A DNA stretch of 64,000 nucleotides from Methylococcaceae bacterium (GTDB taxonomy: Bacteria; Patescibacteriota; Microgenomatia; UBA1400; PJMF01): the NCBI GenBank assembly GCA_044370175.1, contig JBILVZ010000001.1:43579-107578 (forward strand). Direction: 5' to 3'. The first letter of the stretch is position 1, and each line of letters opens with the position of its first letter. This document shows, in pieces, positions 1 to 9,604 of the stretch. The position numbers and the translations under genes are program-made. The notes under the pieces were generated by a model. That model had not been told where the DNA came from. It did not search any database and worked only from the letters and a program-made list of their open reading frames with translations.

Positions 1-47
1 AAACTTAAGTTGTTAAAAGCGTCGGGGTCGAGGTCGTGCATCAAAAC

Positions 48-443
48 TTACATCGATAACTGCTCCAGGTGAGCTATAGATTTCTTCACCGCCTGCAGCC
101 CAAGCAGCAGACACTTCACCCTGCCATAGGCAATCGGCTGCTCGAGCCCTAGCAAAGCCTCGAGATCAGACTGCTGTAACGTTAAAACATCAGACACACG
201 CATCTGCGTTATTTTTTCTGAAAGCAGGCTCATCGTAGCCTGGCTAATGGCACAACCACTCCCTTGCCAACCCACTTCAGCAATCTGTTGTCCACTTGCA
301 TCAAACTTCAAAAAAACCGTCATGTCATCACCACAAGAAGCATTGGTTTCGTGTACCGATACTGCTGCATCAGTCAGCACTCGCTTATTTTGAGGATGCT
401 TCAATTCTTCTATAATTGCTTCTTGGTATAAATCTTGTGACAT
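48..443 (-). CDS. sufU: SUF system sulfur-transfer/scaffold protein SufU (NifU-like)
   Basis: SCGDD, GCAISQA and RVKC motifs; directly downstream of sufS. Confidence 0.93.
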   Translation of the reverse strand: MSQDLYQEAIIEELKHPQNKRVLTDAAVSVHETNASCGDDMTVFLKFDASGQQIAEVGWQGSGCAISQATMSLLSEKITQMRVSDVLTLQQSDLEALLGLEQPIAYGRVKCLLLGLQAVKKSIAHLEQLSM

Positions 444-499
444 AAGATCGTTCGCATTACTAAAGTTTCGGTTCGTACTGCCCTTGCCTGAAAAAAATA

Positions 500-1831
500 T
501 TACTTGCCAAACACTTGTGCTACTTTTGCCAAAGCTGCAACCAACTGGTCAATATCTTCTTCGGAGTTGTAGATCTGAAAACTCACCCTGACACTCGCCT
601 GCCAGCCAAACTGCTCATGTAGTGGCATCGTACAGTGGTGACCACTACGCACCGCTACTCCTTCGCTATCTAAAACTTGTGCCACATCGTGGGCGTGGAC
701 ACCATCATAGATGAAACTTACCGAGCCCACTCTATCAAGCACTGCAGCATTCTCGGCATTTTGCTGCAGAGCGTCTGTGGATGCGTTTGTCTCTACCTTG
801 TTTAAGGCAAGAGGTGTTACTGGCCCGATAATCTTTACTTGTGGAATCTGGGAAAGTTTTTCAATCGTGTAGCGTACTAACATCCTGTCATGTTCCAATA
901 CGTTGTGCATGCCGATGTTTTGCAAATACTGACAGGCTGCAGCCAACCCCACCGCACTGGCCACATCTGGGGTGCCTGGAGTAAAGCGCTCAGCGATATC
1001 TTCGTTGAACGTGGTGCCAGTGGTATGAACCTCCGCAATCATGCCTCCACCAAAAAACCAGGGCTGCATTTCGTTACTTTCGAGTAGTTGCTTGCGTACC
1101 AACAACCCACCCACACCCATCGGCCCCAGCATTTTATGACCACTAAATGCAAAGAAATCGATATCTAATTCATCAAATTTTACGGGAATATGTGGAGCAG
1201 CTTGCGCACCGTCAATGGCAATTTTTGGCCTAGTGGCTACAGATGGATACAACTCTTTTATGAGAGTGACAATATCTGAAATTGGTAGCATCGTACCTAG
1301 TGCATTGGAGATATAGCTTAACGCAATTAGCTTTACTTTTGAGCCATACTGTTCACACAACTCTCGCAAGTGACCGAGGTCCAACCGGCCAACCTCATCA
1401 AGCTGTATAAACTCCACAGCAGCACCTGTTCGCTTAGCCAGCTGCTGCCAAGGCACTATGTTAGCATGATGTTCGATCAGCGAGGTTACTATCACGTCAC
1501 CTGCGGTGATATTTGTATCTCCCCAGCCGTAAGCACTACCGTTGAGAGCTTCAGTAGTGTTGCGGGTCAGAATCAACTCAGCAGGCTGAGCGCCAAAAAA
1601 CTGAGCAATAGTGGCACGACTTTCTTCCCAAGCCCTACTGCTGGCATCAGAAAGGGTGTGTACACCACGGTGAACGTTGGCATTACTTGTTTCGTAGTAG
1701 TGAGAAATAGCATTAATAACAGCCTTGGGTTTTTGGCTTGTTGCGGCATTATCAAGGTACACGAGCGGTTTGCCTTGTACAGATCTTGAGAGAATAGGAA
1801 AGTCTGATTTTATTTTTGCACTGTCAAACAT
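500..1831 (-). CDS. sufS: Cysteine desulfurase, SufS subfamily
   Basis: YLDNAATSQKP, SGHKM (PLP Lys), VRSGHHC (catalytic Cys). Confidence 0.97.
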   Translation of the reverse strand: MFDSAKIKSDFPILSRSVQGKPLVYLDNAATSQKPKAVINAISHYYETSNANVHRGVHTLSDASSRAWEESRATIAQFFGAQPAELILTRNTTEALNGSAYGWGDTNITAGDVIVTSLIEHHANIVPWQQLAKRTGAAVEFIQLDEVGRLDLGHLRELCEQYGSKVKLIALSYISNALGTMLPISDIVTLIKELYPSVATRPKIAIDGAQAAPHIPVKFDELDIDFFAFSGHKMLGPMGVGGLLVRKQLLESNEMQPWFFGGGMIAEVHTTGTTFNEDIAERFTPGTPDVASAVGLAAACQYLQNIGMHNVLEHDRMLVRYTIEKLSQIPQVKIIGPVTPLALNKVETNASTDALQQNAENAAVLDRVGSVSFIYDGVHAHDVAQVLDSEGVAVRSGHHCTMPLHEQFGWQASVRVSFQIYNSEEDIDQLVAALAKVAQVFGK

Positions 1832-1871
1832 ATCCCTGTATTGTACCGTATCCTATCAGACTCGATGAGGG

Positions 1872-2462
1872 CTATGTTCTCAACAGCTTTAATAAATTCT
1901 GCAGGAAAAGCCCCAAGCTCGGTTGCTGCTGCCCTACTGTTTCCATCCAGGCTTGCACCATGCTATATTCTGGGTATACCCTGCGCAGCTTACCGCTCCA
2001 AGGCTTTGTGTCTTGAAATGCTGCAGCAGTAGAATCCAAGTTTGGTTGTCCAAATAATAAACCCGCGGGACGCATCGCAGCCATCATTTGTTGGCGCTCT
2101 TCTGTTGAAAAATCTGGGACTTCCGCATGATCCAAAGGAGCTGGTGCATAATAAAAAACTTCATTGTCACTGACACCTACTCCATCTTGGTAGTGCCAAC
2201 GCAAACACCGCACTGGAAATGAATACCTATCGAGTGCGACGGGTTTTTTCAGAGTAACTACCAGTGAAGTAATGATGTTTTTACCCTCATGTACTTTGAG
2301 TGTTGTGTAACTCTGCGCAATTGTCCGAGTATTTAATTGCAAACCCTGATGCTGCTGCTCAATTAGTTCGCAAATTTTGGCTTTCTGCAGTTCAAATGCA
2401 GGCGGTGAGCTGGGCACCTCAAATTGTGCAAAGTTTGTACCATTTTCTCGTGAAGCAGACAT
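1872..2462 (-). CDS. Hypothetical protein inserted between sufD and sufS
   Basis: 196-aa ORF with AGGAGG Shine-Dalgarno; no recognised motif. Confidence 0.6.
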   Translation of the reverse strand: MSASRENGTNFAQFEVPSSPPAFELQKAKICELIEQQHQGLQLNTRTIAQSYTTLKVHEGKNIITSLVVTLKKPVALDRYSFPVRCLRWHYQDGVGVSDNEVFYYAPAPLDHAEVPDFSTEERQQMMAAMRPAGLLFGQPNLDSTAAAFQDTKPWSGKLRRVYPEYSMVQAWMETVGQQQPSLGLFLQNLLKLLRT

Positions 2463-2555
2463 GCTGCCTCCTTTCTAAAAACTGAAAACTTCCTAGTATA
2501 AACCTGTTTGGGTGGAAATACCAGACTCGAGGAAAATGTCTTCGAAAAGAGAAAA

Positions 2556-3056
2556 TTACTCAGCAGCTTCCAAAAATCCCTGCACGATCAGTGCTTCTGC
2601 CTCACTATGTGCGATACCGCGGCTCTTGAGATAAAAAAGTTGTGCTTCAGGAATATGGCTGATGCTGGCTGCATGTGAACACTTGACGTCGTCCGTTAAA
2701 ATTTCGAGTTCGGGGACAGCTTCTGCCTTGGCTGTGTCAGAAAGCAGCAAAATGCGCTCAGTCAAAAAGGCATTGGTATCTGGACAGTGCTCTGCGACGA
2801 TGATTCGTCCAGTGAAACTGACCTGAGCATGGTCTCGGACTACACCTTTGAGGACGGTGTTGGAACGAGTGTGTGCTGCCTGGTGGTTAATAATAACAGT
2901 AATATTTTTCTGTTCTTTGCCTGCAGCTGCAAAGATACCACTGATCGTAGCTTGCGCCCCCTCACCAGTGAGCTGGATTTCATACACACCAGGCGCATCG
3001 ATCGTGATGGTGCGGTGTACATCTCGAGCTAGTGTGTAGGTTTTTTTATCTTCCAT
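2556..3056 (-). CDS. sufD: Short SufD-family Fe-S assembly protein (C-terminal beta-helix part only)
   Basis: PELEILTDDVKCSHAAS and QLFYLKSRGI motifs; start overlaps sufB stop. Confidence 0.9.
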   Translation of the reverse strand: MEDKKTYTLARDVHRTITIDAPGVYEIQLTGEGAQATISGIFAAAGKEQKNITVIINHQAAHTRSNTVLKGVVRDHAQVSFTGRIIVAEHCPDTNAFLTERILLLSDTAKAEAVPELEILTDDVKCSHAASISHIPEAQLFYLKSRGIAHSEAEALIVQGFLEAAE

Positions 3057-5617
3057 TACCCAATACTCCCTTCCATTTCGTGATCAATTAAGCGATTCAT
3101 CTCTACTGCATACTCGAGTGGCAGTTTCTTGACCAAGTTATCAATAAAACCATGGACCACCATCTTGCGGGCATCTTCTTCACCTACACCACGACTCATC
3201 AAGTAAAATAGTTGGTCATCACCAATCTTGGAAACAGTGGCTTCGTGCTGAATGGCGACGCGGGAGTTAAAAATTCTGTCCACTGGGTAGGTGTCTGAGC
3301 GCGAAAAGTTATCAAGCAATAGCGCATCACAGATCACTGTATTTTGACTTTCTCTGGCATGTGGGCCAACATTGACCATACCGCGATAACTTGTCCGGCC
3401 GCCATCTTTGGAGATAGATTTTGAAATAATGGTAGAGCTGGTGTGTGGAGCCAAGTGAATGGCTTTAGAGCCAGTATCTTGATGTTGGCCAGCGCCAGCC
3501 AGTGCCATACTGAGAGTCTCGCCCACTGCCCCGCGTCCTGCCAAGATAAAGCCAGGGTACTTCATAGTCACTTTTGAACCCATATTGAAGTCGGTCCAGA
3601 TCATCTTACCTTCTTCTTCTACGTAAGCACGTTTGGTGACCAGGTTATAGACATTTTTGTACCAGTTCTGAATTGTGGTGTACTGGCACTGGGCGCCTTT
3701 TTTGACGTAGATTTCCACAACAGCGGAGTGGAGGGAACCACTGGAGAACTGCGGGGCTGTGCAGTTGTGGACCGCAACACCGCCTGCCACATAACTTTCA
3801 TCACCTTTGACGCTAAAGTTATATACAGGGATATTTTCAATTTTTTCACTCTCAATGGCAGCCACTGGAGCATATAAATAATATTGATCTAAATGATAGT
3901 ATGTCGCTCGTTTTTTACCCCACATCTGTGGCTGTACTGGCTGCTCAACCCATTTCCCAAACTCTATCATGTATTCACCACCAATCACCAAACAATACAT
4001 TGTCTGGCGGTTTTCGTGCGTGCGGTCCCGCACATTGAGTGAAGTTGCCACACCAAGTCTAGCTAGTAGCATTCGCGCCTGCTGTGCAAGAGTTTTTGAA
4101 ACCGTACAAATTCTGAAGACTTCCTTAAAACCATGAGCGTTTTGTTTTCTATAGTAACTACCATCACCCGCATACCACCCAATTATTAACTGTTTTTGCT
4201 TTTCAGGTGCTTCTTGCAGTACCCATTTAGGAAGTATTTTACTATTGGCATGAGTACCAAATTGTTCAAAGAAACGACATAGTTTGGTGGAGCGCACCAC
4301 AACAGACACACCATGATTTTTTTCATGAGCAACTTCATGAAAACGAGTTTCACTAAAGACCGTTGTAAGCAAATTTTTTACATCATCAATATACTCACGC
4401 TCATTTTCATTAAACGAGAAGTTCAAATAATGACCTGCACTGACACTACCCTCAGCTAGATAGTAGCCAATCAACCTAAATAATTCGGGGGTGCAAACTA
4501 TTGTAAAGTCTTCTTCTACCCAGCCGTGTCTACCTGCACCACGTAGAATTGGGAAAGTTCGGGATTCTTGCACGTCTATAGTCTTGTCTATCGGTATACA
4601 AAGATAATCACCTTTTTGCACTTCTTTAACTGGCAACCACTGAGTTTCCCATACTTTGTTACGCTCATTGTGTCGTTGTCGCTTTACCACCAAAAATGGA
4701 TGCTCTTCTGTAGCATTAATGTGTTCTGAAAGTTGACCTGTCACTTTCAGGTTATACAGTTGACCAGTGTATGGACGGACTTGAGTATGACCAACTTGTT
4801 GGTATTTGCCCGTATGTGTCAGAACGGTATCGCTAGTCTTAATATCTTCAATTGCTACTAATCCGCTCTCCGTCATAATTTTGGTACCAGCAATAAAGCA
4901 TCCTTCAATGTAGTGCACTTTCGCCCCTTCATCAACAATTATTAACGTCCGCTCAAACTGGCCAGCATTTTCCGAGTTGATTCTAAAGTAGGTCTGGAGT
5001 GGCATTTTGACATCCACACCTTTAGGAATATAGACAAATGACCCACCAGACCAAACAGCGGTGTTCAAGGCAGAAAATTTGTTGTCACCACTAGGGATGA
5101 CCTTGCCGAAGTATTCTTTGACCAAGTCTGGATATTGTTTGAGTCCATCATCCATGGAAAGGAAAACCACGCCATCTTTGGCAAAAACATCTTTAAGGGA
5201 GCCATAGACGACTTCGCTGTCATATTGAGCCTTCACGCCAGCCAAGACTGCTCGCTCAGCTTCAGGAATGCCCAGACGTTCAAATGTTTCTTTCACATCC
5301 TTGGGTACATCTTCCCAAGATTTGGATTGGTGATCTGTGGGTTTGAGGTAGTAGTGAATTTTTTCAAAGTTTATTTCGGAAAGATCGGCTCCCCACTCTG
5401 GCATTTTTTTGGCTAAAAACTGTTGGTATGCCGTCAGACGCAACTGTAGCATCCAATCTGGTTCTTCTTTAATGTGGGAAAGATGGCGGATAACTTGCTC
5501 GTTTAAACCAGGTTTGCTGATAAAGGCGTATTGATCTGTAGGGAAAGAATACCCATGTTCGTACTGCTCTGAGTTACTTTCAAAGGTGGTGGTGTGTTTT
5601 TGTGCGAAGCGGGCCAT
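3056..5617 (-). CDS. sufB: Fe-S cluster assembly protein SufB, intein-containing precursor (474 aa after splicing)
   Basis: AVWSGGSFVYIPKG, GQFERTLII, HYIEG/CTAP, HEATVSKI, LPLEYAVE motifs. Confidence 0.97.
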   Translation of the reverse strand: MARFAQKHTTTFESNSEQYEHGYSFPTDQYAFISKPGLNEQVIRHLSHIKEEPDWMLQLRLTAYQQFLAKKMPEWGADLSEINFEKIHYYLKPTDHQSKSWEDVPKDVKETFERLGIPEAERAVLAGVKAQYDSEVVYGSLKDVFAKDGVVFLSMDDGLKQYPDLVKEYFGKVIPSGDNKFSALNTAVWSGGSFVYIPKGVDVKMPLQTYFRINSENAGQFERTLIIVDEGAKVHYIEGCFIAGTKIMTESGLVAIEDIKTSDTVLTHTGKYQQVGHTQVRPYTGQLYNLKVTGQLSEHINATEEHPFLVVKRQRHNERNKVWETQWLPVKEVQKGDYLCIPIDKTIDVQESRTFPILRGAGRHGWVEEDFTIVCTPELFRLIGYYLAEGSVSAGHYLNFSFNENEREYIDDVKNLLTTVFSETRFHEVAHEKNHGVSVVVRSTKLCRFFEQFGTHANSKILPKWVLQEAPEKQKQLIIGWYAGDGSYYRKQNAHGFKEVFRICTVSKTLAQQARMLLARLGVATSLNVRDRTHENRQTMYCLVIGGEYMIEFGKWVEQPVQPQMWGKKRATYYHLDQYYLYAPVAAIESEKIENIPVYNFSVKGDESYVAGGVAVHNCTAPQFSSGSLHSAVVEIYVKKGAQCQYTTIQNWYKNVYNLVTKRAYVEEEGKMIWTDFNMGSKVTMKYPGFILAGRGAVGETLSMALAGAGQHQDTGSKAIHLAPHTSSTIISKSISKDGGRTSYRGMVNVGPHARESQNTVICDALLLDNFSRSDTYPVDRIFNSRVAIQHEATVSKIGDDQLFYLMSRGVGEEDARKMVVHGFIDNLVKKLPLEYAVEMNRLIDHEMEGSIG
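3764..4900 (-). mobile_element. 379-aa intein with LAGLIDADG homing endonuclease inside SufB
   Basis: Begins CFIAGT after YIEG; block B TEEHPF; LAGLIDADG-like LIGYYLAEGS and IIGWYAGDGS; block F VYNFSV; ends VHN followed by extein Cys. Confidence 0.96.
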
Positions 5618-5717
5618 GAGAGGTTATTTTACCATTGTTTTCAGCTTTAACCGAGGATGTGCAGTAGTGAAAAATTGCGAACGAAATAGGTTGTATAAAA
5701 TGAATTTCCCCGTTTCT

Positions 5718-6236
5718 CTACTCCCCCACAATCTTCCTGATAAATCCTTCTTTTTCCCCAGCAAAACCAAAATCATAGTTCTCGAACTCATCCTTTGCAA
5801 TCCACTTAAAGTCACTGTGCTCCTCACTCAGCAGCACACTATCCTCTTTAAAATCGCCCTCAAGCTTTATCTCCCACCCCAAAATAATGGAAAATACTTG
5901 GGCTTGCCCATCAAAAAACGTACCAATGTGAACACACTTTTTTACGTCTTCGCGCTGCAGCTCAATCCCCGTCTCTTCAAATACTTCCCGCACCACGTCA
6001 TCTTTATGCATATCTCGCAGCAACCCCTCTTTTTCACCACTAATCGCACCAGGCATCACTCGCTGACCCTGTGCGTCCACCGGCCACTCACTGTTTCCCC
6101 CAGGCAGATCCCACTGATCTGGCCGTGAAGTGCTCTTGCTACTGCGTTTCAGGATCAACACTTTGCCGTTGTGCCATAAAGCAGCTTTTTGCAGTAACTT
6201 GACGTTTTGGGTGAGTTGGTGTGGGATGATGTCCAT
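5718..6236 (-). CDS. NUDIX hydrolase (start likely MDIIPH at 6236)
   Basis: WDLPGG ... REVFEETG and LSEEH motifs; AAGGA before ATG 6236. Confidence 0.85.
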   Translation of the reverse strand: MDIIPHQLTQNVKLLQKAALWHNGKVLILKRSSKSTSRPDQWDLPGGNSEWPVDAQGQRVMPGAISGEKEGLLRDMHKDDVVREVFEETGIELQREDVKKCVHIGTFFDGQAQVFSIILGWEIKLEGDFKEDSVLLSEEHSDFKWIAKDEFENYDFGFAGEKEGFIRKIVGE

Positions 6237-6424
6237 AAATTCCTTACTAAAAGAGTTGGTGTTAGTATACATTATGAGAGAGCAAAGCAATTCGTCGACA
6301 GAGACGTTCGCCAACAGCTCACTTCACATCAAGACTATCCATGGTTACTCAAAAAACTTATCAAAAACAGCGACGTCTTTCTAAGACTCTGTCAACAAAT
6401 CACTTTACTCTCCTGAAAAATTAT

Positions 6425-7189
6425 CTATACTAACTCTTTGTATCCTGACTTCTCCAACTCCGTCACCAGCTCTTCACCTCCAGAGCGCACAATCTTTCCC
6501 TTCACCAACACATGCACAAAATCTGGCTTCAAATAGTCTAGTATCCGCTGATAGTGGGTAATCACCAGAACGCCGGTACCACACCGCTCCACAATCTTCA
6601 CCACATTACGTGCCACTTTTTTAATCGCATCAATATCCAGACCAGAATCAGTCTCATCCAAAATCGCAAATTTTGGCTCAAGCACCGCCATCTGCAAAAT
6701 TTCCAGCTGCTTTTTTTCTCCTCCACTAAAACCTTCATTTAACCCTCGGCTCAAAAATGACGGATCAATCTCCAATTCCTGAGCAATCTGCTGGAGATGC
6801 TTGCGAAACTCGATCGCCTTTTTAAACTGCTTTTCTTCTTGCTCAGCAAACCGTGCGTTGTGGGCATGTCGCAAAAAGTTCTGCACACTTACACCGGGCA
6901 CTTCCACAGGATATTGGAATGCTAAAAACAAACCTTTGTGCGCACGTTCATCTGGTGAAAGCTCGAGTAACTCTTCACCATCCAGTAGGATGCTCGTTTC
7001 AAATTTTTCTGGCCCCACAATTTCATAGGAAGGATGCCCCGCCAGAGTACTCGCCAAGGTACTTTTACCCGAGCCATTGGGTCCCATAATTGCGTGAACT
7101 TCACCACTTTTAACTTCCAGCGAAACGCCGTGCAAAATTTCTTGTTCGGTAATACGAGCGTGAAGATTTTTAATTTTGAAAGTTGCCAT
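6425..7189 (-). CDS. sufC: Fe-S cluster assembly ATPase SufC
   Basis: GPNGSGKST, FLAFQYP, FSGGEKK, ILDETDSGLDIDA. Confidence 0.97.
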   Translation of the reverse strand: MATFKIKNLHARITEQEILHGVSLEVKSGEVHAIMGPNGSGKSTLASTLAGHPSYEIVGPEKFETSILLDGEELLELSPDERAHKGLFLAFQYPVEVPGVSVQNFLRHAHNARFAEQEEKQFKKAIEFRKHLQQIAQELEIDPSFLSRGLNEGFSGGEKKQLEILQMAVLEPKFAILDETDSGLDIDAIKKVARNVVKIVERCGTGVLVITHYQRILDYLKPDFVHVLVKGKIVRSGGEELVTELEKSGYKELV

Positions 7190-7222
7190 AACAGGGGTTA
7201 TTGTACCAGATGTATTCTATAC

Positions 7223-7498
7223 TCAATTTTTCTCATGCAAGCTATAGTTTTGCAACAAAACGCTATACATCAAAAATTTTTCTGCAGAAGCCAAGTTCAA
7301 CGTATATTTAGTTGTGAGTAAATCTTCAACAATTTTTCTGATATATGGCTTTAGTTCAGTATCCTTAAGCTGAATTAACCAACGATCTGTCTGTTCATAG
7401 AATTTTTCAGCAGCTTGAATTGAGCCTCGCTGTGTTAAAGATGCAATTCTGAGCAAATCATTAGACAATGAACCCAGTAATAGATTTTGTTCAGACAT
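7223..7498 (-). CDS. Small helical hypothetical protein, translationally coupled to the upstream DUF5674-like gene
   Basis: ATG at 7498 overlaps the upstream TGA (ATGTCTGA); MSEQNLLLGSLSNDLLRIA. Confidence 0.7.
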   Translation of the reverse strand: MSEQNLLLGSLSNDLLRIASLTQRGSIQAAEKFYEQTDRWLIQLKDTELKPYIRKIVEDLLTTKYTLNLASAEKFLMYSVLLQNYSLHEKN

Positions 7499-7832
7499 AT
7501 AATTTAGCAAAAAAATGCTCAGTTAGTTCTTTATACTTTTTTTTAATCTCTTCACTTTGAATTTCATTTTTTGTATTGTTATCTCTTGGTCTAATGTTAA
7601 TAAATGAATTAAAATCTATTTCCTTTGTCTCTAAATCTATTCCACCGCCCCATAAATCTTTTTGATTAGAACCTGCCGCCAGTAAAATTTATTCTCCTTC
7701 AAAATGACGATCCATTCCCGCGATACAAATTTTCATTTCGATATCTATAACAGTTTTAATGTAAACTTCAAACATTTCCTTAAGTTGTTCAATCTCCGCA
7801 ATGGAATATTCGTTTTTTGTTGAAAGAATCAT
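7491..7832 (-). pseudogene. DUF5674-like gene interrupted by an in-frame TAA (7689-7691); absent from the ORF track
   Basis: Manual translation: MILSTKNEYSIAEIEQLKEMFEVYIKTVIDIEMKICIAGMDRHFEGE*ILLAAGSNQKDLWGGGIDLETKEIDFNSFINIRPRDNN...; family pattern (K.V.DIE, H, GS.Q..LWG, S.INIRP) continues in frame across the stop. Confidence 0.8.
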
Positions 7833-7890
7833 AACGCAACTATATCAAAATTTGTTAAAAAATTCAGAATAAGATCTTCCAAAAGTAGTT

Positions 7891-8403
7891 TCATCGAACT
7901 TCAAACGCATACGCTACTTCCTTACGGATATTCTCTCGTGTCTCAATTCCGGCAATTTCATCTTCCGTAAACCACTGAATGCCATCAGTCTCCACCCTAT
8001 CTTCCACAAGCACTACCTCAGCCACTGGTTTCACCAGATATAAAAATCCCAAATGCTGCTCACAGCCTTTGGGCCAGCGCGGGTGCAGCGTGTAGTTTTC
8101 AGGATCTTTTTGACGTGCCTCAAAATTTTCAGGACAAACCCAGTGTAAGTTGGTTAAGATGGGTGAGGGCAGATACTCACTTTCAGTGTCTGAAATAGTC
8201 AGACGTGGATCATAGGCAGTCACTTTTACCCCAGTTTCCTCAAAAAACTCACGTTCAGCCGCTTGGTGCGGCAACTCTCCAACTTCAATATGTCCACCAG
8301 GATTGAGCCAAATCCCTAGTTTTTTGTGTTTTACAAGTAAAACCTTGTCTTCGTGCACCAAAATACCTGCTGCGGTATAACAAACTCGGGGTGTTTTACT
8401 CAT
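7891..8403 (-). CDS. NUDIX hydrolase
   Basis: Canonical box GGHIEVGELPHQAAEREFFEETGV. Confidence 0.92.
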   Translation of the reverse strand: MSKTPRVCYTAAGILVHEDKVLLVKHKKLGIWLNPGGHIEVGELPHQAAEREFFEETGVKVTAYDPRLTISDTESEYLPSPILTNLHWVCPENFEARQKDPENYTLHPRWPKGCEQHLGFLYLVKPVAEVVLVEDRVETDGIQWFTEDEIAGIETRENIRKEVAYAFEVR

Positions 8404-8962
8404 TTCTTTCTTCCTTTGTCACAGCATACGCAGCAGTATACACTCGCAAGTTGTGTATATCATCTAAAGATAGTGCTGCTTGCCGCAGTAATTTTCCTTG
8501 GATTTCAGATACCGTTTGTAGTTCGACACGAATTTTTGCTGCAGTAGTACTGATGACTTGATGCTGCTCTTCTTCTGCTGCTGAAAGTCCTTGTTGTTTA
8601 CGTGGAAACTTGGACAAACCTTGTAGAGTCTCAGAGAGCTCTGTTTGCAACAAAATGCTCACGGCATGTAGCTTGCGAACTAAATAAAGCACCTGCAAGT
8701 CACGCACTACCTCAGGCATACTCACGAGGATCTTCAGTTCAGCGCTACTCAGATCGTCTGTACGAAGCAGTGTTTCGAGTGCGGCTTCAGCACCAGCATG
8801 TGCCAATAATTGGTGTAGTGGGGGTGATACAGTACCATCTGGAATTGAACCACCCTCGCTAGCAGAGCTACCAGCATCAGTAACACCACCTTCAGTTTTT
8901 TCTGGAAATACTATGTACGGTAATAAACTATTGTAGACTTTAGTAAGTGCTTCGCGTGACAT
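8396..8962 (-). CDS. Hypothetical protein
   Basis: 188-aa helical ORF with own TATAAC box and GAAAGG; overlaps the next gene's start. Confidence 0.55.
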   Translation of the reverse strand: MSREALTKVYNSLLPYIVFPEKTEGGVTDAGSSASEGGSIPDGTVSPPLHQLLAHAGAEAALETLLRTDDLSSAELKILVSMPEVVRDLQVLYLVRKLHAVSILLQTELSETLQGLSKFPRKQQGLSAAEEEQHQVISTTAAKIRVELQTVSEIQGKLLRQAALSLDDIHNLRVYTAAYAVTKEERNE

Positions 8963-9003
8963 GAAGAACCTTTCTCTAAGTTGTCACTGTTATACCACAC
9001 TTT

Positions 9004-9588
9004 TTACAACAAACTCATCTGAATTCCTGCATCTTTTTTCGGGGTAAAAGTAAAGTCCACAGGGCACTCAATCAACCGATTCCATTTATTGCGAAACTTC
9101 ACACTCCCCTTATTCAAACCATAGTCATACACATCACGGGTCACCGCTACGTCTTGCAGACAGTACTTTGCTAGAGCCTCCCAGTTCTTGGTCTGGTAGT
9201 ACTTGATAGCATCCAAACCATCACCCGTTTTTCCCACACCTAAAGTTTCTTTAGCCACCGCATCCAAACCTATGCGGTGCCCAATGCTTTTTTTTATACG
9301 CCCCATCACATCGAGGGTGGGGATCGCCGTAATATCACCTTTGTAGTAGGGCAGAAACGTCTGCATATCGAAGTCATCAATATTAAAACCAACCACTACA
9401 TCTGCTTTTTCAAGGAGCTGGAACAAGTCTGGTAAATCTTTTTCAAAGTACGAGCGCATCTCCCCTTTACCAGAGTATCCCTCTCGCACACAGACTCCCA
9501 CAAACGAGATACCCAAGCGATCTGGGAAAAAGCCGCCTGCTTCCTCAAACGTTTTTTTGGTTTCTACATCAAGAATAAGTTGCAACAT
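9004..9588 (-). CDS. RNase H-like (YprB/DEDD-type) exonuclease-domain protein
   Basis: LDVET, GFNIDDFD and YCLQDV acidic exonuclease motifs. Confidence 0.85.
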   Translation of the reverse strand: MLQLILDVETKKTFEEAGGFFPDRLGISFVGVCVREGYSGKGEMRSYFEKDLPDLFQLLEKADVVVGFNIDDFDMQTFLPYYKGDITAIPTLDVMGRIKKSIGHRIGLDAVAKETLGVGKTGDGLDAIKYYQTKNWEALAKYCLQDVAVTRDVYDYGLNKGSVKFRNKWNRLIECPVDFTFTPKKDAGIQMSLL

Positions 9589-9604
9589 AGGAATCGTCTA
9601 TGGT

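Noticed and set aside
7689-7691. Stop-codon reassignment as an explanation for the in-frame TAA
   Set aside because: TAA, TAG and TGA all terminate conserved genes normally in this window
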